The position numbers and the translations under genes are program-made. A model generated the notes under the pieces. That model saw nothing but the letters and a program-made list of their open reading frames with translations. It made no database searches and was not told the DNA's origin. Of a stretch of 64,000 nucleotides of DNA, positions 47,763 through 56,795 are shown piece by piece (within the stretch, counting starts at the first letter, position 1; each line of letters starts with the position of its first letter). The stretch comes from an uncultured Candidatus Saccharibacteria bacterium (GTDB taxonomy: Bacteria > Patescibacteriota > Saccharimonadia > Saccharimonadales > CAZLTB01), in contig CAZLTB010000001.1 of assembly GCA_964562505.1 (NCBI GenBank), positions 2,024 to 66,023 on the forward strand, given 5' to 3'.

Positions 47763-49109
47763 ATGAGCGACGTAAAACTGGATGACATTGTTTCTTTGGC
47801 TAAACGCCGTGGGTTTGTATTTCAAGCTAGCGAGATTTATGGTGGCTTGTCGGGTTTTTGGGATTATGGCCCACTCGGTGTTGAATTGATAAATAGTCTC
47901 AAAAAAGAATGGTGGGATGCAGTTGTTCATGAATCGGACAACATTTTTGGTGTTGATGGATCAATTATCCAAAATCCTAAGCTGTGGGAAGCTAGTGGGC
48001 ACATTGCCGGATTTAATGACCCGCTCGTTGAAGATGTGGTAACGAAGAAACGCTACCGGGCAGATCATTTGGCAGGTACTGACTCTACGGACTTAAAAGA
48101 ACTTAAAAAACTCTTAAAGGATAAGAAATCTCCGGACGGCAACAAACTTAGCGAACCACGCTACTTTAATATGATGATGAAGACATGGATCGGGCCAGTT
48201 GAGGACGATTCTTCAGTTGCATATTTGCGCCCGGAAACCGCTGGTGCGATTTTTACAAATTATGAAAACGTACGTGAGACTATGCGGGCCAAACTACCGT
48301 TTGGCGTCGCACAAGTAGGCAAGGCATTTCGTAACGAAATTAGTCCTAGGGACTTTATCTTTCGTGTCCGAGAACTAGAACAAATGGAGATGCAATATTT
48401 TATTCGCAAACAAGATCAAAAAGAAGTTTATGAATATTGGCGCAATTTCGCTTGGAAGTTTCTGATTGACCGACTCAGTATCTCCGAAAAGAACCTTCAG
48501 TGGCATGAACACGGTGATGATGAAAGGGCGCATTATGCGGCTGCAGCACACGATATTTACTTTAAGTTTCCGTTTGGTTTTAAGGAACTTTGGGGCACAC
48601 ATAATCGTACTGATTTTGATCTTTCTAATCACATGCGTGTTAGCGGAAAAGATCTGGAGTATTTTGACGAAGAAACTAAAGAAAAGTTTACGCCGTATGT
48701 TATTGAGTCGTCAGTTGGAGTTGGAAGGATGTTCCTAGCCGTTCTGTCAAACGCATACCATGAAGAAGAAATTAACGGCGAGAAACGAATTGTTCTAAAG
48801 CTGGATCCCAGACTTGCGCCCTATAAAGTTGCTGTTTCGCCACTACTTAAGAACAAGCCGGAACTGGTTAAGAAGGCAGGGGAAGTTTACCAAAGCCTTA
48901 AAAAAGAATTCGGAAATGTTATGTGGGACGACAATGGTAATATTGGCAAGCGCTACCGCCGCCAAGACGAAATCGGTACCCCGTACTGCGTCACAATCGA
49001 TTTCCAGACTCTAGATGATAAAACTGTCACAATAAGAGATAGAGACAGTACGAAGCAAGAACGGGTGGACATAGGAGAGGTTAGCAAATATGTCCATTCT
49101 AAATTATAA
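47763..49109 (+). CDS. glyQS: Glycyl-tRNA synthetase, alpha2 dimeric type
   Basis: 448 aa with class II motifs and an anticodon-binding domain. Confidence 0.85.
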   Translation: MSDVKLDDIVSLAKRRGFVFQASEIYGGLSGFWDYGPLGVELINSLKKEWWDAVVHESDNIFGVDGSIIQNPKLWEASGHIAGFNDPLVEDVVTKKRYRADHLAGTDSTDLKELKKLLKDKKSPDGNKLSEPRYFNMMMKTWIGPVEDDSSVAYLRPETAGAIFTNYENVRETMRAKLPFGVAQVGKAFRNEISPRDFIFRVRELEQMEMQYFIRKQDQKEVYEYWRNFAWKFLIDRLSISEKNLQWHEHGDDERAHYAAAAHDIYFKFPFGFKELWGTHNRTDFDLSNHMRVSGKDLEYFDEETKEKFTPYVIESSVGVGRMFLAVLSNAYHEEEINGEKRIVLKLDPRLAPYKVAVSPLLKNKPELVKKAGEVYQSLKKEFGNVMWDDNGNIGKRYRRQDEIGTPYCVTIDFQTLDDKTVTIRDRDSTKQERVDIGEVSKYVHSKL

Positions 49110-49824
49110 AAATTTCGAAGCATTCGCTTTTGATTTTGATGGTCTTCTAGCTGATAGCAGGCAAGCCCACACAACTGCAAGACGCCAAGCTTTTAGTCAA
49201 ATGGCCGAGGAAACTGGCGATGAAAGGTACAGACAAATACCTAGTATATTACATGAAAATGCACATTTTCATGGACAGAGCTCCACTGAAATAATTGGCT
49301 GGGTGCTGAAAGAAGCCGGCATAACTAAAGCAATTGATGATGAAGTCTCTCAAGAGGTTGTAGATAAGAAAAAAGAAATCTATAAGATAAAAGCAAGCCA
49401 TGGCCTACCCGCAATGGAAGGCGTGGTTCGCTTCACTAACCGACTTGCAAAGCATGTTCCGGATAATCTCGCAATCGTAACGACAGCTTATAGACAACAA
49501 GAAGTCATGCCCTTTTTAAGAAGGCATAGGCTAACTGATGTTTTTCCACGCGAAAGGATTGTTGCCAGGGAAGACACCACGCGTACAAAACCATTACCTG
49601 ACCCATATTTAATGCTAGTCGATAATTTGGGCATCAAACCCATAGATCTTTGTGCTTTTGAAGACTCGGCTGGAGGTATTCAATCGGCAAATAGAGCCGG
49701 TGCTTATGTGGTAGCAGTGGCTACTACGCATTCAGCAGTTGAACTTAGCCAATTTGAAAACGATACCGCACCCAGAGCTATAGCTTGGAGCTTTGAAGAA
49801 CTCGGTGACATGTTGGAAGTCTAA
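49090..49824 (+). CDS. HAD-superfamily hydrolase (beta-phosphoglucomutase-like)
   Basis: DFDG motif I (FAFDFDGLLADS). Confidence 0.7.
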   Translation: MSILNYKNFEAFAFDFDGLLADSRQAHTTARRQAFSQMAEETGDERYRQIPSILHENAHFHGQSSTEIIGWVLKEAGITKAIDDEVSQEVVDKKKEIYKIKASHGLPAMEGVVRFTNRLAKHVPDNLAIVTTAYRQQEVMPFLRRHRLTDVFPRERIVAREDTTRTKPLPDPYLMLVDNLGIKPIDLCAFEDSAGGIQSANRAGAYVVAVATTHSAVELSQFENDTAPRAIAWSFEELGDMLEV

Positions 49825-49857
49825 GTTTTTGCCTAAAACTGTTATGATTGAAACAAG

Positions 49858-50628
49858 ATGAATTTGTATTTTATAGCGGGCCCGATATGTAGAGGCATAG
49901 ACTGCGCGCCTCTTTATTTGGTGGTCATTTGGCAGCGTTACGGATTTTATATTTTAGGAGCCATCTTAATTGTACTGGGCCTAATTAAATTATCTAAAAA
50001 GAACAAAAATAAAAATAAACGAAGAAAGACATTCATTTTATTAGCTGCTGGAATTATCTCACTCTCCATTAATCCCGCTTTAAACCTCAAAGCTGCGAGG
50101 GAGTTTCAGAAGGAGGAACAGGGAAAAGTAAGGTTTCTGACTTTTGAAACTTATGGTTACGATTTACCATCTGGGTGGAGATTAGAATTTCGATACATAA
50201 GCAACTTGTATAAAACACAAGCCTATAGCGATAACTTTCCAAAAATAAGCGCAGAGAACGACGATCATTCTCACATAGTCGAAAAATATACCACCAAGCA
50301 TAGCCTTTTTTATATTCGTCAATTTGATGACAAAAAATATTCTGGTAGTAGCAAAGAATGTTGGCCGAGTGACCCGGAATTCCCGGAACCGCAAACCATT
50401 TATGATGAATGTGAACAGATCGGCTCTAATAATGAGGGAGGTGGTATATATGCTATTCCGGCCAAAGAAAGTGGAAAATTTCTAAACGTATTCACTACAG
50501 TCAATGGAACAAGAGTAAATATAAATGCAGATTTGTTTAGTCCTATCGATAAAACAGATGCCCTCAAAATTATGCAATCTCTGCGAGTGATAGATAAAAA
50601 CAAGCTCAAATTTATTAATAGCGAATAA
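49858..50628 (+). CDS. Hypothetical membrane-anchored protein
   Basis: Two TM helices flanking a KNKNKNKRRK segment, then a domain of about 180 aa with no recognisable motif. Confidence 0.5.
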   Translation: MNLYFIAGPICRGIDCAPLYLVVIWQRYGFYILGAILIVLGLIKLSKKNKNKNKRRKTFILLAAGIISLSINPALNLKAAREFQKEEQGKVRFLTFETYGYDLPSGWRLEFRYISNLYKTQAYSDNFPKISAENDDHSHIVEKYTTKHSLFYIRQFDDKKYSGSSKECWPSDPEFPEPQTIYDECEQIGSNNEGGGIYAIPAKESGKFLNVFTTVNGTRVNINADLFSPIDKTDALKIMQSLRVIDKNKLKFINSE

Positions 50629-50672
50629 GAAAGCGATTTTTAAATCACACTTGTTGCTATGATTGAGGTGAG

Positions 50673-51269
50673 ATGAAGGGGAAGGTTTTTTTGATTGCCG
50701 GGTTTGATATTAATCAGACGGCCGCACATAAAGATTATCAAGACCTTAGGCAGGCCATTAAAGACAAAAACTATGAAGTTATTCCAGTCGATATTTATTG
50801 GCGAAAACAAACAATGTCCGGGTTTGTGAAAAAATTCATAAAATTTTATCAACATAAAAAAGGTGCGATAAACATTATTATTGGTAATTCGTTTGGTGCT
50901 GAGGTTGCACTCATTACTGCGCCTAAGCTAAAGCCGGACAAGATAATACTTTGTTCGTTGTCACCATTTTTTAAAGAAGACATCCCAAGATTCAATGATC
51001 GTAAAAAGTTGGAAAAGTGGTTTGGACCAAGGCGCTTAAAAGATCTGGAACAAATTTCTGCAAATGAAGCTGCCAAGCGTATCAACCAAACAAATATTAA
51101 AACGATTATGTTTTATGGAGAAAAAGAAAAGATAATGTATAAAAAACTTGTGGAAAGGGTCAAAGCTACGGCAAAAGATATAAACGAGACAGAGTTAATG
51201 GAAATTACCGAAGCAGCTCACAGCTTTAAAGATCCTGCATATATCAAGGTTATATCTGAATCGCTATAA
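50673..51269 (+). CDS. Small alpha/beta-hydrolase-fold protein
   Basis: GNSFGA nucleophile-elbow (G-x-S-x-G) motif. Confidence 0.55.
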   Translation: MKGKVFLIAGFDINQTAAHKDYQDLRQAIKDKNYEVIPVDIYWRKQTMSGFVKKFIKFYQHKKGAINIIIGNSFGAEVALITAPKLKPDKIILCSLSPFFKEDIPRFNDRKKLEKWFGPRRLKDLEQISANEAAKRINQTNIKTIMFYGEKEKIMYKKLVERVKATAKDINETELMEITEAAHSFKDPAYIKVISESL

Positions 51270-51320
51270 TTCCATTTGACATAAGTGAATAAAAATTGTA
51301 TTCTATTTAGATAGTTATTA

Positions 51321-51686
51321 TTGATAAATGCCGGAGAAATTATGGTGCCTGAAAAAATAGAAGTTATGGGTTCAATTGAAGGCCGAACATTTATTTCGTA
51401 TGCTGTTGATCGCCCAGTGGAGGCCGGAAACAGTGCTGTATGTTCTGCATGTGATGAGCCAGTAAAGTTTGCAGCTAGACAAAAATCACGCCAAATTATA
51501 GTAAACGTATATGAGAACAATGAGTGGGACAGAGTAGAACACTATCATGATGAATGTTATCTGCAAGTTGGCGAACCATATCTAGAGGCTTATCATGGTG
51601 AACCACTGCGGACAAAAGAAGAGCTGGAAGAATTGGAAGAATATATAAAGGCGATGGGAAACTTATCTACCACGAACGCTGGGTAA
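51321..51686 (+). CDS. Hypothetical Cys/His-containing small protein
   Basis: C-S-A-C ... H-Y-H-D-E-C cluster and an acidic C-terminus. Confidence 0.45.
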   Translation: MINAGEIMVPEKIEVMGSIEGRTFISYAVDRPVEAGNSAVCSACDEPVKFAARQKSRQIIVNVYENNEWDRVEHYHDECYLQVGEPYLEAYHGEPLRTKEELEELEEYIKAMGNLSTTNAG

Positions 51687-51749
51687 AATATAGACAAAAA
51701 ATAACGGCGGGTGCATACTTCAAATATAACGTAATTTCTGGAGGGCAAC

Positions 51750-52181
51750 ATGAATGTTGAAGTAAGTTGGGCCGGTATATTGTTGGCCACATTAGCTAGC
51801 ATGGCAGTGGGTGGCATTTGGTATGCTAAGCCAGTATTTGGTAAAGTCTGGATGAAGTTGGTTGGGCTGAAAGAAGAGGATACGAAAAAGGGACAAGCAC
51901 AAGCATTGCTGATTGGCCTAGTCTGTGCATTTTTGACAGCCTATGTTCTAGCCCACGTAGCTTACCTATCAAATCAATACTTCCGTAACTCGTTTATGCA
52001 GGACTCGATGACCACGGCTTTTTGGTTGTCGGTTGGAATTTCGGCTACAACCGTAATAACTCACAATACATTTGAAAAACGAAAACCAAATTTGACCTGG
52101 CTGACTGTACTACATCAAATAGTTGGCTTCTTGATCATGGGTGCAATCATCGGTGCCTTTAAACCTTTTGGTGCTTATTAA
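51750..52181 (+). CDS. DUF1761-like small membrane protein
   Basis: Four TM helices and a conserved-looking W-Y-x-x-P-x-F-G-K-x-W-M motif. Confidence 0.5.
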   Translation: MNVEVSWAGILLATLASMAVGGIWYAKPVFGKVWMKLVGLKEEDTKKGQAQALLIGLVCAFLTAYVLAHVAYLSNQYFRNSFMQDSMTTAFWLSVGISATTVITHNTFEKRKPNLTWLTVLHQIVGFLIMGAIIGAFKPFGAY

Positions 52182-52242
52182 ATTAAAGCTTTCTTTGGGT
52201 ATAATTTAGTTAAAGATCTATTTTGAATGATATGATTTAGTT

Positions 52243-52818
52243 ATGTCCCAGACATCTAAAGTATATGCCTTTATCGATAGCCAGAATCTGAACGTCAGCA
52301 CTCAAAAGCTGGGCTGGAAAATGGATTGGCGCAAATTTCGTCAATTCTTAGGTGATAAATACGGCGTCAATACAGCTTATATGTTTATCGGCTATGTGCC
52401 GGAATTCGAGAGCATGTATGAGCAGCTTCATCAATCCGGCTATTCAGTAGTCCTAAAGCCGACATTTGATATGACTAAACCAAGAGCAGAAATTCAAGAA
52501 AGCGTGGACAAAAAAGATAAAGACGAAGGCAAGCCCGTAAAAGGCAACATAGATGCAGACCTGGTGCTTTGGGCAATGAAAGAAATATCAAATTACGACA
52601 AAGCGATAATTGTGTCAGGCGATGGTGATTTTTATACCTTGGTTGAATATTTAGAAGGTAAAAATAAACTGCTTAAATTACTTACCCCAACTGGTCACTA
52701 CTCAAATCTTTATAATCGCTTCGACGACTATGTGGTTCGCATTGATCAATTTCGCAGAGAGCTGTCTTATCACGACTTCAAAAAACGGGACGGCGGTCGG
52801 CGCAGACCTTCAAAATAG
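52243..52818 (+). CDS. NYN-domain (LabA/PIN-like) protein
   Basis: The NYN hallmark IIVSGDGDF. Confidence 0.65.
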   Translation: MSQTSKVYAFIDSQNLNVSTQKLGWKMDWRKFRQFLGDKYGVNTAYMFIGYVPEFESMYEQLHQSGYSVVLKPTFDMTKPRAEIQESVDKKDKDEGKPVKGNIDADLVLWAMKEISNYDKAIIVSGDGDFYTLVEYLEGKNKLLKLLTPTGHYSNLYNRFDDYVVRIDQFRRELSYHDFKKRDGGRRRPSK

Positions 52819-52910
52819 TAATTCGCAGAAGCGTTATTGTAGGTATATACTAAGATTAGAAACTAAAAAATCTAATAAAAGCTATCAAATTATTAGAAGG
52901 GAGTAATGCT

Positions 52911-53291
52911 ATGCTGGGTAATTCAGAAGTGTGCGCAACTTTGCCGGTAAAGGATCTGGATGAGGCAAAGAAATACTACGGAGAAACACTGGGCTTGCAA
53001 AAAGAAAGCGAAAATCCTGGAGGCGTTTTATACAAAAGTGGCAATAGTAAGCTTTTTGTTTATCCTTCAGAATTTGCAGGGACTAATAAAGCTACCGCAG
53101 CTGCTTGGGCAGTTGACGACGTTGAGGCTACAGCTCAGGCATTATCGGGGAAGGGTATAAGTCTTGAACACTATGACAATTTGCCGGGCGTTACACGCGA
53201 AGGTGATGTTCACGTAATGGGCCCACTAAAAGCTATATGGTTTATAGACCCTTCAGGCAATATTTTGAACGTCACTAATGGAGCAATGTAG
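52911..53291 (+). CDS. Glyoxalase/bleomycin-resistance (VOC) family protein
   Basis: 126 aa with a VOC fold pattern. Confidence 0.6.
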   Translation: MLGNSEVCATLPVKDLDEAKKYYGETLGLQKESENPGGVLYKSGNSKLFVYPSEFAGTNKATAAAWAVDDVEATAQALSGKGISLEHYDNLPGVTREGDVHVMGPLKAIWFIDPSGNILNVTNGAM

Positions 53292-53376
53292 CGCTAAGCA
53301 CATTGCTCCTAACTCATAGTTGCGGATACTTTGTTACTAGGTAACTGAGCCAGACAAGGGTATTTGGGGAGCCAGA

Positions 53377-54195
53377 ATGCAGATAGTGAAGCTTAATAAT
53401 GGTTCAAATATACCAGCTATAGGCTTCGGCACATGGCATATTCTGTTGAATAACAGAGCTAAAAATTCAGTGATAGAGGCAATTCATTCCGGGTATAGAT
53501 TGATCGATACGGCTAAGATTTATGGCAATGAAAAGGGTGTCGGTGCTGCAGTGCGAGATTCAGGCATACCGCGAGATAAAATTTTTGTTACCACCAAATT
53601 ATGGACCAGCGACCAGGGCTACGAAAAAACTTTTCAGGCTTTTGATGCATCTCTAAAAACACTAGGGCTTGATTATATTGACCTATATCTCATTCATTGG
53701 CCAGGTTCTGATAAGCGTCTAGAAAGCTGGCGAGCAATGGAAGAAATTTATAAAGATGGTCGGGCTAAGACGATTGGAGTATCTAACTTTACGATTAGTC
53801 ACCTCGAAGAATTGCTAACAAGTTCTAAGATTGTACCAGCAATAAATCAAATAGAATTTCATCCCCTGATATTCAATGAACAAAAAGAACTGTTGGCATA
53901 TTGTGGAGACAAAGGCATAATTGTCGAAGCCTACAGTCCGCTTATGAGGGGCAAGTATCTTGAGGCAGCTATTTTCCAGCAAATTGGACAAAGACATAAT
54001 AAGTCGTCAGCTCAGGTGGTTTTGCGCTGGTGTATTCAACATAAAACTATTCCTCTACCGAAGACTTCACATAGTGAGAGAATGCACGAAAATCTGGACG
54101 TTTTTGACTTTGAGCTATCAAAAGGTGAAATGGAAATCATAAATTCTATGAGCAATGGTACCAGGACAACTTGGGACCCTACATCAGTTAGCTAA
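53377..54195 (+). CDS. Aldo/keto reductase (2,5-diketo-D-gluconate reductase-like)
   Basis: IGFGTW and LIDTAKIYGNE motifs. Confidence 0.8.
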   Translation: MQIVKLNNGSNIPAIGFGTWHILLNNRAKNSVIEAIHSGYRLIDTAKIYGNEKGVGAAVRDSGIPRDKIFVTTKLWTSDQGYEKTFQAFDASLKTLGLDYIDLYLIHWPGSDKRLESWRAMEEIYKDGRAKTIGVSNFTISHLEELLTSSKIVPAINQIEFHPLIFNEQKELLAYCGDKGIIVEAYSPLMRGKYLEAAIFQQIGQRHNKSSAQVVLRWCIQHKTIPLPKTSHSERMHENLDVFDFELSKGEMEIINSMSNGTRTTWDPTSVS

Positions 54196-54218
54196 TCTGC
54201 TGTTATAATGCTTATAAC

Positions 54219-55484
54219 ATGAACGAAAACGCAAACGACAAAATTTTTCCTAAACATTTCTTCTGGGGCGCTAGTACAGCCAGCCATCAAGTAGAGGGCG
54301 GTACAGTTAACCAATGGTCAGTATGGGAATTAGCCCACGCCAAGGAATTATCTCTGACAGCACACCAACGTCTAAGTTGGCTACCAAAATGGCATGATAT
54401 TCAATCTAGGGCTGAAGATCCTAATAACTACATTTCAGGACGTGGTGTTGATCATCTCAACCGCTTCAGGGAGGATTTCGACTCTATTAATCAGCTTAAT
54501 CTAAACTCATTTCGGTTTGGCGTTGAGTGGGCGCGGATTGAGCCCGAAGAAGGCAAGTGGGACCAGGCTGCTATTGATCACTACAGGTTATATATAGCTG
54601 AACTAAGAGCCAGGCATATTGAACCATTTCTGAATATTTGGCACTGGACGATGCCAACATGGTTTACAGACAAAGGCGGTTTCAAGAAAAAGGCAAACCT
54701 GGTTGATTTCGAACGATTTGTTAAGAAAATTGCAAATGAATTCGCGGAAGATATCAATTACATAATTACTTTGAACGAGCCGAATGTTTATACCGCAAAT
54801 AGCTATATAGTTGGTGATTGGCCGCCCCAAGAAAAAAATTGGCTGAGCTCGCTTACTGTCATGTGGAACCTGGTACTAGCACACAGGAGAGCCTATAAAA
54901 TATTAAAAGACAAGAAACCTACATTGCAGATTGGTGTGGCCGCTCAGCTAGCTAATATCCAAGCCAAGCGTCCACACAACTTTTTTGATGAAGTCTCGAC
55001 CAAGTGGATGCGATATTTCTGGAATTGGTGGTTTTTAAGGCGTATACGCAAACAGCAGGATTTCGTTGGGATAAATTATTACTTTACAGATTATTACACA
55101 GGCTTGATCAAGAAACAGAACCCCAAAATTCCATTAAGCGACCTAGGCTGGTATATGGAGCCCGAAGGCCTCTATCCTTTACTGCTCCGTACATGGGTTA
55201 GATATAAAAAGCCCATTTTTGTAACGGAAAACGGTGTGGCCGATTCAAAGGACGAATATAGACGGTGGTGGCTGGAAGAAACAATAGTAGCTATGGAAAG
55301 AGCCATCAGTGAAGGCGTGGATCTGAAAGGCTATTTCTACTGGAGCTTATTAGATAACTTCGAATGGTCTTACGGCTGGTGGCCAAAGTTTGGTCTCATA
55401 GAAGTTGATAGAGAGAGCAATATGTTTCGTACAGTTCGACCAAGCGCCAAATGGTTCGCCAATCGTATAAAAGATTTGAGCTGA
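54219..55484 (+). CDS. Glycoside hydrolase family 1 beta-glucosidase
   Basis: Acid/base motif TLNEPN and nucleophile motif VTENG. Confidence 0.85.
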   Translation: MNENANDKIFPKHFFWGASTASHQVEGGTVNQWSVWELAHAKELSLTAHQRLSWLPKWHDIQSRAEDPNNYISGRGVDHLNRFREDFDSINQLNLNSFRFGVEWARIEPEEGKWDQAAIDHYRLYIAELRARHIEPFLNIWHWTMPTWFTDKGGFKKKANLVDFERFVKKIANEFAEDINYIITLNEPNVYTANSYIVGDWPPQEKNWLSSLTVMWNLVLAHRRAYKILKDKKPTLQIGVAAQLANIQAKRPHNFFDEVSTKWMRYFWNWWFLRRIRKQQDFVGINYYFTDYYTGLIKKQNPKIPLSDLGWYMEPEGLYPLLLRTWVRYKKPIFVTENGVADSKDEYRRWWLEETIVAMERAISEGVDLKGYFYWSLLDNFEWSYGWWPKFGLIEVDRESNMFRTVRPSAKWFANRIKDLS

Positions 55485-55493
55485 ACAATCTAA

Positions 55494-55522
55494 TTGACTA
55501 AACACAAAGCTTATGCTATAAT
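55494..55522 (+). promoter_or_regulatory. Perfect consensus sigma70 promoter (TTGACT-17-TATAAT) whose -10 box ends 7 nt before the ATG, giving a leaderless transcript
   Basis: Read directly from the sequence: the ATG at 55530 sits at the expected transcription start site. Confidence 0.55.
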
Positions 55523-55529
55523 GTAACAC

Positions 55530-55892
55530 ATGTCAGAAGCTCATCCTATCCATGAACGCCCTAAACCCTGGAGACTCACCACAAAGGGGAAATTAGCCGC
55601 AGGCGCCTTAGTTATGCTTTCAGCTGTTGGAGCTAAAGATACCGGTCAAGGTATCCTTAATTACGTTCACTCACGCACTACACCTCACTATGTTGATGTT
55701 GATGCTCGTGTTGGTGAAGACGGCGGAACTATTTGGGAGATTGCACGAAAAGCTCAGCCAGAAGGTGATATAAGTCCGTTAGTAGGCCGTCTTGTGGACG
55801 AACACGGTGGAATTGATACCGTACAACCAAACGAACAATTGACCATACGTAGTGGCCACTTAGTAAAACCTGAACAGCCGCCCTCTAGCTAG
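55530..55892 (+). CDS. Hypothetical protein
   Basis: 120 aa with no recognisable motif. Confidence 0.45.
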   Translation: MSEAHPIHERPKPWRLTTKGKLAAGALVMLSAVGAKDTGQGILNYVHSRTTPHYVDVDARVGEDGGTIWEIARKAQPEGDISPLVGRLVDEHGGIDTVQPNEQLTIRSGHLVKPEQPPSS

Positions 55893-55916
55893 CCTAGCGT
55901 CAAAGACTTTGATTGA

Positions 55917-55942
55917 ACCACCATATATTGTGGTGGTTTTTT
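55917..55942 (+). terminator. Rho-independent terminator
   Basis: A 7-bp stem (accacca/tggtggt) with a 7-nt loop followed by T6. Confidence 0.7.
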
Positions 55943-56007
55943 CATTTTTGCAAATCTGTGGATAAGTATGCCTATTTTCTCTAATAATTCTCAAGAAAGT
56001 GCTTGCA

Positions 56008-56058
56008 AGTGGGTAAGGGTGGGTTGTATATTCATGGCAGTGGGTAATCGTGGGTAAG
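56008..56058 (+). promoter_or_regulatory. Four direct GTGGGT(AA) repeats upstream of mraZ, the putative MraZ operator
   Basis: The repeats start at 56009, 56019, 56040 and 56050, spaced 10, 21 and 10 bp apart. MraZ is known to bind direct repeats in its own promoter. Confidence 0.55.
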
Positions 56059-56116
56059 GCAAAATAACTTACTTGCCGATCAAAAATAAAAAACCACTAG
56101 TAACTTAAAGGACACC

Positions 56117-56482
56117 ATGGCCACGGTAGACTACTTTGAGAGAAAGCTTGATGACAAGCGGCGACTTACCATCCCCGCCGAGCTTCGAGCCGAATTCTCT
56201 AGTGGAGTAGTTATAAGCCGTGGATTCCAGCGGTATCTACATCTGTATCCTAAAACGGTATGGGATGAACTGGTTGAGCCAGAGCTTCAAGGAAATATTC
56301 TTGATGAGCATACGGCCGATCTAAATGTCCAATTTCGTACAGGGAAAACAGAGGGTGAACTTGATGGCAAACAAGGAAGAGTGACCATTGAGCAGCACTT
56401 ATTAGATTATGCGGGGATAGACCGTGACGTAGTTGCAGTCCGGGTCGGACGTTATTGGCGCTTAACTTCTGTCAAACGCTAA
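56117..56482 (+). CDS. mraZ: Transcriptional regulator MraZ
   Basis: Two DXXXR-type half-domains (DDKRR and DGKQGR); 121 aa. Confidence 0.75.
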   Translation: MATVDYFERKLDDKRRLTIPAELRAEFSSGVVISRGFQRYLHLYPKTVWDELVEPELQGNILDEHTADLNVQFRTGKTEGELDGKQGRVTIEQHLLDYAGIDRDVVAVRVGRYWRLTSVKR

Positions 56483-56795
56483 AGCTCCAGGCCAGTTCTT
56501 TAAAAATCAAACCAAAAACAAATCCGAGAAGCACAATCGAGGTCAGCTAATCGGCAGTCAATAAGTGGCATGTAGGTAACCACTCAAAAAACCTATGTAC
56601 TTTACATCAAAACACCTCCCAAAACTCCACCTCACACATAAGTCTCTCAAATGTTATTTGGTAGTAAGGATTTAGTAGATTTTTCAAATCTCAAAAACAT
56701 TCTTTACATACGACCAAATAACAAACAAAAACAAAAATTTTCAAAAAACAAAAAATTGGCTGCTGGTTAGGTGACCTTGCAAAAACAAAAACGCA

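Noticed and set aside
55957-55965. Perfect DnaA-box 9-mer TGTGGATAA as evidence for oriC
   Set aside because: It is a single box with no cluster and no AT-rich unwinding element. A lone 9-mer is expected by chance about once in two in 64 kb.
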